NCBI GenBank assembly: GCA_012516535.1
Contig: JAAYWP010000013.1
Location: 29,341-93,340, forward strand
Direction: 5' to 3'
DNA from: Syntrophomonadaceae bacterium
GTDB lineage: Bacteria; Bacillota; DSM-12270; Thermacetogeniales; Thermacetogeniaceae
Length of the DNA: 64,000 bases
Shown: positions 16,739 through 24,799 of the stretch, piece after piece
Layout of the letters: each line of letters starts with the position of its first letter
How positions within the stretch are numbered: the stretch's first letter is position 1
The notes under the pieces: generated by a model
Database searches by the model: none
Seen by the model: the letters and a program-made list of their open reading frames with translations, nothing else
What the model was told of the DNA's origin: nothing
Program-made: the position numbers and the translations under genes

Positions 16739-19540
16739 ATGAGGTCTACCTTCTCCGTAAACTCCATCGCCATTGCCAACCTCCGCAGCAGACGAAAGCA
16801 GTATAGGTTACTGATCACAGGTATTTTGCTGGCCATCTATTTTGTTGCTACAGCCCTCCTTTTCGCCGCCACCATGTTTACCTCACTGAAAGAGAAGTAT
16901 TACCAGCTTGCGGGCAAACAGGATGCCATCATTTTCAATTGCCAGGATGCACCGCTGGAGGAATTGCTGGAAAAGGGAGTTTTTTCTGAGTACGGGACAG
17001 CTGAAATCATAGGCTATGTGCTGCCTGATGGACAAGACATAGGCAGCGGCTTTTCCATTGCCAGATTTGATGAAACCGCTATCAAGCTTGCTGGTAAAGA
17101 AGCGGTCGAGGGCAGGTTGCCCAATAAGACTGGAGAGATCGCCCTTGAGCGGAGTGCCCTGGCGCGACTGCGCAGCGGGGCACAGGTGGGTGACACCATC
17201 ACCCTCACCCTCTTGATCCCGGATGGCAATGACTTTTTAGATCCCCCTGTCCAAAAAACCTTTACTCTAGTAGGAATACTCAGTGACAAGCTTGCTTATT
17301 TAAATCATAATTTTGTCGGCACCCCAGCATATCACGACTTTCCAGCGGGTGTGGTCTCAGCAGATGAGCCCATAGCCCCTGGCGGCAAGGAGATCATAAA
17401 CTGCTATGGATGTTCTACCGGGAGCGCCGATACTTCCTGTAAGCAGCTGAAATCATTCTGTGAAAAAAACGGGATTATGGATGATTATGGATGGGAAAAT
17501 ATGGTATTAACCCGCTGCCAGTTCTTTGACAGCACCACTATCGAAGACGACAACATAATGTTTACATCTACAATCTTCATGATCATCGCCCTGATCCTGA
17601 TGTGCGCCGCCTGCCTGGGCATTGTCAACTCATTTACAGCCAGCCTGGAATCACGCAAAAGACAGATCGGCTTGCTGCGGGCAGTAGGCGCCACGAGAAA
17701 GCAGATAGGCCAGATCTTCGGCAGAGAGACATTGCTGTTAGCTGTCTTCTCTATCCCCCCTGGCTTGCTGCTGGCCTGCCTCACTGTATGGGGTATCACC
17801 AGGATACTGGGTCCCGACTACATCTTTCAGCTGAACGCGCTGATTATAGTGGGGGTGGCAGTGGCCGGTGTGCTCTGCGTTATGCTGGCAGCATCCATCC
17901 CTCTGAGAAAAGCGGCCAAGATACCGCCTATGCAGGCCATACGGGATGTAGATCTGTCCCGCAGAATGAAAAAAAGCACAGTAAAGAGCAAGGGTTTTTT
18001 TAAGGTTTCCCGCCACATCGCCCACCGCAACCTGACACTCTACAAGAACAAACAGCTGCTGTTCACCGCCATGTTAGCGGTGTCCATCATGCTGCTCTCA
18101 CTGATAGTGTTCGCGGCAACCCCAATCTTAAAGGAAGCTGAGATGGACTATGGCCCTGATTACAGGCTTTTTTGGGAGGGTCGCTCCTATAATGTGTTTG
18201 TGGAGTATGAGTTTCACAAACCCGGTATTACTGAGCAGGACAAGGCTGACATTGCCTCCCTGCCCACTGTAAGAACAGTTATAGGAGCGAAAAGTCTCAC
18301 TGTAAAAATTCTCACCAACAAGATCACACCCTATATGGCAGGGATCAGCTTTAACAGTATCTTTGACAATCTTCCCCTAGAAATCATAGAAGAAACCGCT
18401 CCGGAACTGCTGACAGCTATTCCTGAGCACCTGCGGCAAGACTATCAGCGGCAGGAGGGCATCTATGAGCAAAGCAAGGCAAAATATGGCTATGCTCAGG
18501 ATTATCTCACTGTGGAGTGTTGCGGTATTGATGCAGAGCTTGTGGAAAAGCTCTCCCCTTTTGTATCTGAGGGAAAAATCGATACAGACAAACTATCCTC
18601 CGGTGAGGAAATACTGCTCGTCGCCCCGGCAGAGTACGGCATCTCTATTCGTCAGGAAAGCGATGGATTTATATCAACATACATCGATGATGTGCTCGAT
18701 GAGAATAAAACATATGCAGCTGTAATTCAAAACGACACCTTCCATGCAGGGGATGTCCTCACCATCAGCCTGCTCTACAGTGATGAGCCTGAACAATATG
18801 ATGAGGAGGGAAATTTGAAACTGCCTGATCAGGTGGTAAGGATAGACAAGACGGTCACTATTGGCGCCATCCTTGAAACCACTGCCGATGAAAAGGACAT
18901 AGAAGAATACTTATCCTCTTTATACTATCCCGAGGTGGGTACTATCATCACCACAACAACAGGCCTGGAGGCGCTCGGCTTCGACCGCCCCTATGATAAT
19001 CTTTCCATCACCCTCACAGAGAGTCCGGACCCAGCCATGGAGGAATATCTGGAAACCAACCTCTCTCAGATCGCAGCCCGGACTGCAGGTGTTGATCTCA
19101 TTTCCCATATAGCCTTAACCAGAGAGAACAGAAATTTCGCCTACGGCATCTTGATCGCCGCAGGCGCCTTGATCATACTCTTTTTCGCTATCTGTGCCAG
19201 CATGGTGAATAACACTCTATCAGCCCGCATCTTAGCGAGCAAGCGTGAGATCGGCACACTCCGGGCTGTGGGTGGTTCTGAGCGGGAGATACTCCATTCA
19301 TATCTGTGGCAATTGGCCTACATGTTCAGCTGGGGAACGATCATCGGCTTGGTGGCTGAACTGGCGGTCTGCAAGTGGCTGGTGGTGAAAGAACAGATCC
19401 AAGCCGGCAGCACCGCCCTTCCCATCTGGCAACCGCTCCTGTTCGTAGCACTGCTCTTTGTCATATGCTTTTTCAATGTCCGCTCTAAAGTAGGCGCCAT
19501 CTTCAGGGGCAGTATCGTGGAAAACATCCGGGAGTTGTGA
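16739..19540 (+). CDS. 933-aa ABC permease with two FtsX/MacB-type 4-TM modules and two large extracytoplasmic domains
   Basis: Predicted by eye: TM1, about 220-aa loop, three TMs, then TM5, about 320-aa loop, three TMs. The motifs ESRKRQIGLLRAVGATRKQI and ASKREIGTLRAVGGSEREI precede each 3-TM bundle. Confidence 0.8.
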   Translation: MRSTFSVNSIAIANLRSRRKQYRLLITGILLAIYFVATALLFAATMFTSLKEKYYQLAGKQDAIIFNCQDAPLEELLEKGVFSEYGTAEIIGYVLPDGQDIGSGFSIARFDETAIKLAGKEAVEGRLPNKTGEIALERSALARLRSGAQVGDTITLTLLIPDGNDFLDPPVQKTFTLVGILSDKLAYLNHNFVGTPAYHDFPAGVVSADEPIAPGGKEIINCYGCSTGSADTSCKQLKSFCEKNGIMDDYGWENMVLTRCQFFDSTTIEDDNIMFTSTIFMIIALILMCAACLGIVNSFTASLESRKRQIGLLRAVGATRKQIGQIFGRETLLLAVFSIPPGLLLACLTVWGITRILGPDYIFQLNALIIVGVAVAGVLCVMLAASIPLRKAAKIPPMQAIRDVDLSRRMKKSTVKSKGFFKVSRHIAHRNLTLYKNKQLLFTAMLAVSIMLLSLIVFAATPILKEAEMDYGPDYRLFWEGRSYNVFVEYEFHKPGITEQDKADIASLPTVRTVIGAKSLTVKILTNKITPYMAGISFNSIFDNLPLEIIEETAPELLTAIPEHLRQDYQRQEGIYEQSKAKYGYAQDYLTVECCGIDAELVEKLSPFVSEGKIDTDKLSSGEEILLVAPAEYGISIRQESDGFISTYIDDVLDENKTYAAVIQNDTFHAGDVLTISLLYSDEPEQYDEEGNLKLPDQVVRIDKTVTIGAILETTADEKDIEEYLSSLYYPEVGTIITTTTGLEALGFDRPYDNLSITLTESPDPAMEEYLETNLSQIAARTAGVDLISHIALTRENRNFAYGILIAAGALIILFFAICASMVNNTLSARILASKREIGTLRAVGGSEREILHSYLWQLAYMFSWGTIIGLVAELAVCKWLVVKEQIQAGSTALPIWQPLLFVALLFVICFFNVRSKVGAIFRGSIVENIREL

Positions 19541-19552
19541 GGAGGATATGGG

Positions 19553-20551
19553 ATGAAAAGAATCATGTGTTTTATCATCATAATATTAATCCTATGCGCT
19601 GCTGTGATAGTGGCCTGCCCTAAAGAGACAAATGCTGGGTCAGCCGGAACTGCACAGCAAAACAGCAGTCCCCCTGCTGCTGAACCTGAACCGGCACAGG
19701 CCGTCAGCTCTCAACCCAAACTGATGGTGGAAAAATATGTGCTGGACCGGGATTATATTGAGGCAGGAGGGAGTGCAACTGTTAAAGTAACCATACGCAA
19801 CACCAGCAGCTCACAAGATGTGAAAAATATCAAGGTCTCCTTTTGGGAAGAGAGCGCTGAAATTTTACCTGACGGCACAGGTGCGGTTTACTACAAGCAG
19901 ATTGCCAAAAACAGCTCCTGTACCTGGAGTTTTAAGGTAACAGCTACTACAACTGCCCAGTCCAAACCACACCCTGCCACCATCACCATGGAATATGAGG
20001 ACTGCAATGGCAATCCCCTTAGCGCCTCTGACCGCATTATTCTTCAAGTGCGCCAACCTGTACGCCTCAGCTATGCAGAACCATCACTGCCGGTGCGGGT
20101 GACCCAGGGAGACAGGCCGTCTTTTACGATGACTCTGATGAATCTCGGCAAAAGCACGATCTATAATGTCCACTTGAAATTTGATATACCCGGACTCAGC
20201 GGCGGCAGCCTCCTGATCGGCACCATTCCCCCCGGTGAGTCCCAAACAGGAACAACCAACTTGCGAGTGGAATCCGAACAACTGGGTCCGGTCAAAGGAA
20301 CACTTCTTTTATCTTATGAGGATGAATATGGTGAACGCTATGAAGAGGAAATCCCTCTTTCGACAAACATCGAAGCAAAAAAAGAGGTTTCAGTTCCCAA
20401 GCAAACCGACATGACAAAAACTACAACAAAGTTCCCTGGATGGATCATTTGGGCCGCAGCCGGCACCCTTCTCTTTGCTCTAATCTCTTATTTTGTCAGC
20501 AGATGGCTGAAAGAAAAAAAGCAGCGGGAAGAAGATGAAATGAGATTATAA
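19553..20551 (+). CDS. cell-surface protein with two CARDB/COG1361-like beta-sandwich repeats and a C-terminal TM anchor
   Basis: N-terminal signal/lipoprotein-like peptide (VIVAC), Pro/Ala-rich linker, repeats such as GGSATVKVTIRNTSS and MTLMNLGKSTIYNV, C-terminal TM plus KEKKQREEDE tail. Confidence 0.6.
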   Translation: MKRIMCFIIIILILCAAVIVACPKETNAGSAGTAQQNSSPPAAEPEPAQAVSSQPKLMVEKYVLDRDYIEAGGSATVKVTIRNTSSSQDVKNIKVSFWEESAEILPDGTGAVYYKQIAKNSSCTWSFKVTATTTAQSKPHPATITMEYEDCNGNPLSASDRIILQVRQPVRLSYAEPSLPVRVTQGDRPSFTMTLMNLGKSTIYNVHLKFDIPGLSGGSLLIGTIPPGESQTGTTNLRVESEQLGPVKGTLLLSYEDEYGERYEEEIPLSTNIEAKKEVSVPKQTDMTKTTTKFPGWIIWAAAGTLLFALISYFVSRWLKEKKQREEDEMRL

Positions 20552-20563
20552 TGTGTCAGGGGT

Positions 20564-20774
20564 GTGTGACAAGGGGACGGGGTTCTTGGCACATGAGTTA
20601 GTGTGACAAGGGGACGGGGTTCTTGGCACATGAGTTAAAACCACCGTCCCCCTGACTCAATGACTCAACCATTGTAATATGCATGGAAATATTTTATAAT
20701 TAGTGTGTTACGGGGACGGGCGCACTTGAGTCAAAGTCATCGTCCCCCTGACTCACCCGTCCCCCTGACTCACC
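20564..20774. repeat. REP cluster including a perfect 37-bp tandem duplication
   Basis: GTGTGACAAGGGGACGGGGTTCTTGGCACATGAGTTA at 20564-20600 and again at 20601-20637. Then CCACCGTCCCCCTGACTCAATGACTCA, and GAGTCAAAGTCATCGTCCCCCTGACTCACCCGTCCCCCTGACTCAC. Confidence 0.9.
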
Positions 20775-21078
20775 GACACAGGACTCCGGCCTCGGGTGTA
20801 TATTCGAGGTTGTTTTTATGGATTAAGGTGCAGGTCTTGTAAAACTCAATAAAATCTGCTTAAATGACAATGTTGAATTAATTAAGAGATTTTGCAAGTG
20901 CTGTATTCAATCAAGGTGGCTCAAAGCGGAAGGAAAGGAGGTGTACTCATCAAGGAGTCTTGTAATCCTAATATAAGAAAGGATACCATAGAGAGCTAAC
21001 CTTGGAGATATGGGATTAGGGATATCCTTGAGCCTGTTCGTACAGGTTGCAAATGATTTTTACACTAAGGAATAGGAG

Positions 21079-23073
21079 ATGTTTAATACAATGGATAGTC
21101 TACAAAGCTTAGTTCCATATGCTCCAGCACTCGGAGCAATCTCGCTGCTTTTCGCGGCTTATCTGGCGGGCAAAATAAGCAAAGCGGATCCAGGAACTGA
21201 GGATATGGTGAGGATTTCTGGTTACATTGCTGATGGAGCAATGGCCTTTCTCAGAAAGCAGTATAGTGCAATCGCCATTTTTGTTGTAGTTGTTTTCTTC
21301 CTGCTGGGACTGACCCTTCCTAACAATTCCTGGCAGACCGCTATTTGTTTTCTGGTCGGGGCACTTTGCTCTGCTAGTGCAGGGTTCATAGGCATGAAGG
21401 TAGCTACTAAAGCCAATGTGAGAACAACACAAGCTGCCCGCACTTCACAAAATGCCGCTCTGGGGATTGCCTTTTCCGGTGGAGCGGTTATGGGTATGTC
21501 TGTTACCGGCCTCGGCCTTTTGGGGTTAGGAATTCTTTATCTTATCTTTAGAGAACCAACAATTGTGAATGGCTTTGCCATGGGTGGATCTTCAATCGCT
21601 CTCTTCGGCCGTGTCGGCGGCGGTATCTATACCAAAGCCGCTGATGTAGGGGCCGACCTGGTTGGAAAAGTTGAATCCGGACTTCCGGAAGATGATCCCA
21701 GAAACCCAGCCACCATTGCTGATAACGTAGGCGACAATGTGGGTGATGTGGCTGGTATGGGTTCTGACCTCTTTGAATCTTATGTGGGTGCCATTATCAG
21801 TGCTATGACATTGGGAGTCTTGACCCTGGGATTCAACGGTGTTCTGTTGCCCATGATCATTGCTGCTGCCGGTATTATTGCTTCTATTATCGGCACCTTC
21901 TTTGTTAAGACTGATGAAAAATCAAATCCGCTAAAAGCACTGAACATGGGAACAACTGTTGCATCCATCATCCTTTTGATCGCTGCCTTCATCGCTGTGA
22001 GAGTAATTACCCCGGATCAATTCGGTCTCTTCTGGGCTATTTTAGGCGGTATGGTAGTGGGAACCCTGATCGGTTTTATCACCCAATACTATACCTCCTC
22101 AGAATATAAGCCTACACAAGGTATTGCCAAAGCAGCAACAACCGGTCCAGCAACTGTTATTATCGAGGGCTTGGGTGTAGGGATGCTCTCTACTGTTGTT
22201 CCCGTTATTTTCATCTGTGCTGCAATTGTTCTGGCTTATATTACCGGTGGTGTTTATGGTATCGCTCTGGCTGCTGTTGGTATGCTGGCCACAACAGGCA
22301 TGGTAGTTGCAGTTGATGCTTATGGGCCAATCGCTGATAATGCCGGCGGAATCGCTGAGATGACTCCTGAATTACCTGAAACAGTCCGGGAAACCACTGA
22401 TAAACTCGATGCAGTCGGTAATACCACCGCCGCTATCGGAAAGGGTTTTGCCATTGGTTCTGCCGCCTTGACCGCATTGGCCCTTATGGTTGCATATGCG
22501 GAAGTAGCCGGAATAAAAACAATAGACCTCTTAGATCCGTATGTTATAGTTGGTCTGTTAATCGGTGGTATGCTGCCCTTCTTCTTCTGCGCCATGACCA
22601 TGGGTGCTGTTGGTAAAGCTGCCGGCAAAATGGTAGAAGAGGTGAGAAGGCAATTCCGTGAGATCAAGGGTCTGTTGGATGGCACAGCCACTCCTGACTA
22701 TGTAAGATGTGTTGCAATCAGTACAGAGGCTGCTATTAGAGAAATGATCGCCCCCGGCCTGCTGGCAGTCATCGCGCCGGTTCTGGTCGGCTTTATTCTG
22801 GGTGCTGAAGCACTGGGCGGTATGCTGGCGGGTTCTATCGTATCCGGTGTCTGTTTAGCCATCATGCTAGCCAACTCCGGTGGCGCCTGGGACAACGCCA
22901 AGAAATACATCGAAGAAGGCAATTTTGGCGGCAAACATTCCCCCGCTCATGCAGCAGCAGTTGAAGGGGATACTGTAGGAGACCCCTGTAAAGATACAGC
23001 TGGGCCTTCATTGAACATTCTGTTAAAACTGATGTCCATCGTATCCCTGGTGTTTATTGCGCCGTTCTTCTAA
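21079..23073 (+). CDS. hppA: membrane-bound ion-translocating pyrophosphatase, K+-dependent subfamily
   Basis: 664-aa polytopic protein with [29 protein letters not shown] and [10 protein letters not shown]. Ala rather than Lys in GNTTAA is the reported marker of K+-dependent enzymes. Confidence 0.95.
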   Translation: MFNTMDSLQSLVPYAPALGAISLLFAAYLAGKISKADPGTEDMVRISGYIADGAMAFLRKQYSAIAIFVVVVFFLLGLTLPNNSWQTAICFLVGALCSASAGFIGMKVATKANVRTTQAARTSQNAALGIAFSGGAVMGMSVTGLGLLGLGILYLIFREPTIVNGFAMGGSSIALFGRVGGGIYTKAADVGADLVGKVESGLPEDDPRNPATIADNVGDNVGDVAGMGSDLFESYVGAIISAMTLGVLTLGFNGVLLPMIIAAAGIIASIIGTFFVKTDEKSNPLKALNMGTTVASIILLIAAFIAVRVITPDQFGLFWAILGGMVVGTLIGFITQYYTSSEYKPTQGIAKAATTGPATVIIEGLGVGMLSTVVPVIFICAAIVLAYITGGVYGIALAAVGMLATTGMVVAVDAYGPIADNAGGIAEMTPELPETVRETTDKLDAVGNTTAAIGKGFAIGSAALTALALMVAYAEVAGIKTIDLLDPYVIVGLLIGGMLPFFFCAMTMGAVGKAAGKMVEEVRRQFREIKGLLDGTATPDYVRCVAISTEAAIREMIAPGLLAVIAPVLVGFILGAEALGGMLAGSIVSGVCLAIMLANSGGAWDNAKKYIEEGNFGGKHSPAHAAAVEGDTVGDPCKDTAGPSLNILLKLMSIVSLVFIAPFF

Positions 23074-23116
23074 AAGATACGCATTTCTGGAGCGATCGAA
23101 ATCAAATGAAGTTCAT

Positions 23117-23152
23117 AAAGAGGCTGTCCCTATGGGGATGGCCTCTTTTTTT
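23117..23152 (+). terminator. rho-independent terminator of hppA
   Basis: AAAGAGGC-N16-GCCTCTTT followed by TTTT. Confidence 0.75.
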
Positions 23153-23180
23153 CTGCATAGAATGTGGACACAAGTTACAA

Positions 23181-23231
23181 TAGAATAAATAACTCCCCAA
23201 AAGTTTCGCAAGATGCGGAGCTTTTGGGGAG
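23181..23231 (-). terminator. rho-independent terminator of the Fe-S protein gene
   Basis: Perfect 11-bp stem CTCCCCAAAAG/CTTTTGGGGAG, followed on the minus strand by TTATTTATTCTA. Confidence 0.7.
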
Positions 23232-23238
23232 GCCTCTG

Positions 23239-24000
23239 CTATATGGCTTTTTTGCTGTTGATTATTGCACAGGGCCCGGCAACAACACACTTCCCACAAA
23301 CATCACAAGCCCCTAATTCTTTAAACAGCTTCCCATTTTTCAGCACCCGGTCATTACATTTAAATTTATCAAACCCGTCAATATCAAGGGCACCGACAGG
23401 ACATGCTTTGATGCAGTTTAAACAGGTTCCCTTTTTATGATAAACGCAAAATTCTTCATCTGTTCTCTTGTCAGGGGTGATCTCGTGAGAGACAATAACA
23501 GAGCCATACCTTCCCGCACAGCCCACCCTAGTGATCAGCATTCTATTGACACCGAACTTACCTAGACCTGCAATATAAGCTGCACTCCGGTGTGACCAGC
23601 CGCATTTAAGGGTTTTTTCATCATAGTTATAGGTTGCTTTTACAGTGGCAGCAGATATTCCTTTGTCTTCGAGATATTCGATCATTTTACTGGATATCTC
23701 ATTGATAAGTTTATTGGCCTCAACATAGGACTCGGCCCATTCCCTTGAAACAGCTTCCTGTCTGCGGTTGCTGGCTACAACCTTTTCAGAGAAAGGGATG
23801 AAAAATGAGACCACAGTTTTAGCTTCGGGAAGAATATCTTGGGGATAAAGATGTTCAGGCCCAATGATCTGCTTCAGCTGTCTGTATAAAGGATCAGTTG
23901 CTGATGAAAAACCGACAAGGGGTTCACGGAAGAGATCCTTGCGTTCAGATTCGTTCACAGATTTTATAACCATATCTATAAGCTCTGTTTTTATACTCAA
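23239..24000 (-). CDS. 4Fe-4S cluster protein, epoxyqueuosine-reductase (QueG)-like/reductive-dehalogenase-like fold
   Basis: C-terminal ferredoxin-type Cys motifs CLNCIKACPVGA and CDVCGKCVVAGPC. 253 aa, shorter than canonical QueG. Confidence 0.5.
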   Translation of the reverse strand: MSIKTELIDMVIKSVNESERKDLFREPLVGFSSATDPLYRQLKQIIGPEHLYPQDILPEAKTVVSFFIPFSEKVVASNRRQEAVSREWAESYVEANKLINEISSKMIEYLEDKGISAATVKATYNYDEKTLKCGWSHRSAAYIAGLGKFGVNRMLITRVGCAGRYGSVIVSHEITPDKRTDEEFCVYHKKGTCLNCIKACPVGALDIDGFDKFKCNDRVLKNGKLFKELGACDVCGKCVVAGPCAIINSKKAI

Positions 24001-24052
24001 TTTATAACACCCCTTTTTATTGTTTATTCATATAAAAGATGGTGTTTTTATT

Positions 24053-24082
24053 ATACCACAGCATACCACAGCATACCACAGC
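24053..24082. repeat. perfect tandem repeat (ATACCACAGC)x3
   Basis: Three exact 10-mers, 53-82 nt upstream of the start codon at 24000 (minus strand). Confidence 0.9.
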
Positions 24083-24193
24083 AGGTGTTCAGAGCTCAAT
24101 AAAGTGAAATAAAAGTCACATCTGTTCACAATTGTGCCTTATCCCTCTGTCTTCTTTTATGATAACAGCATTAGCAGTATAAAAACTCGTTTC

Positions 24194-24661
24194 TCACCGG
24201 TCCCTATTTCTATTGCTCAATGCTCTGGCCATTTCCCGTTGGGCATCACGCTTGGCAATATCCTGGCGTTTGTCGTAAAGTTTCTTGCCCCGGGCAAGGG
24301 CAAGTTCCACCTTTACCTTCCCCCTCTTAAAATAAAGCCGCAAAGGAATCAAAGTATAACCCTTCTGGGTAGTCTGGCCTAACAGTTTTTTGATCTCCCT
24401 TTTGTGCAGCAGCAGTTTGCGCGGCCGCTTGGGATCGTGGTTAAAGCGGCTTCCCTTATCATAAGGGGATATATGCATGTTCTGCAGATAAGCCTCCCCA
24501 TTCACAACCTCGGCATAGCTATCCCGCAAACTGACCTTGCCTGCGCGAATCGACTTTACCTCTGTCCCCACCAATGCAATGCCTGCCTCATATTTTTCAT
24601 CTATAAAATAATCGTGGCGCGCCTTTCTGTTATCAGCAACAACCTTGATCGGTTCTTTCAT
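24194..24661 (-). CDS. smpB: SsrA-binding protein
   Basis: N-terminal [22 protein letters not shown] and C-terminal basic tail typical of SmpB. 155 aa. Confidence 0.95.
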   Translation of the reverse strand: MKEPIKVVADNRKARHDYFIDEKYEAGIALVGTEVKSIRAGKVSLRDSYAEVVNGEAYLQNMHISPYDKGSRFNHDPKRPRKLLLHKREIKKLLGQTTQKGYTLIPLRLYFKRGKVKVELALARGKKLYDKRQDIAKRDAQREMARALSNRNRDR

Positions 24662-24799
24662 CTCTCATCCCTCCTATACGTTAAAAAGGTCACCAAACAC
24701 AGTGAGCATAAAAGTTAAACTGCGAACTGATGCATCGGTACAGGTTTTCGCCACACTCATCAATAATATTTTGGAAAACCAAACACTAACTACCATCCA

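Noticed and set aside
20585-20637. TTGGCACATGAGTTA inside each 37-bp tandem repeat resembles a sigma-54 -24 box.
   Set aside because: The -12 position reads TTAG/TTAA instead of TTGC, so the critical GC is missing, and no ORF follows. It is most likely a chance resemblance within a repeat element.
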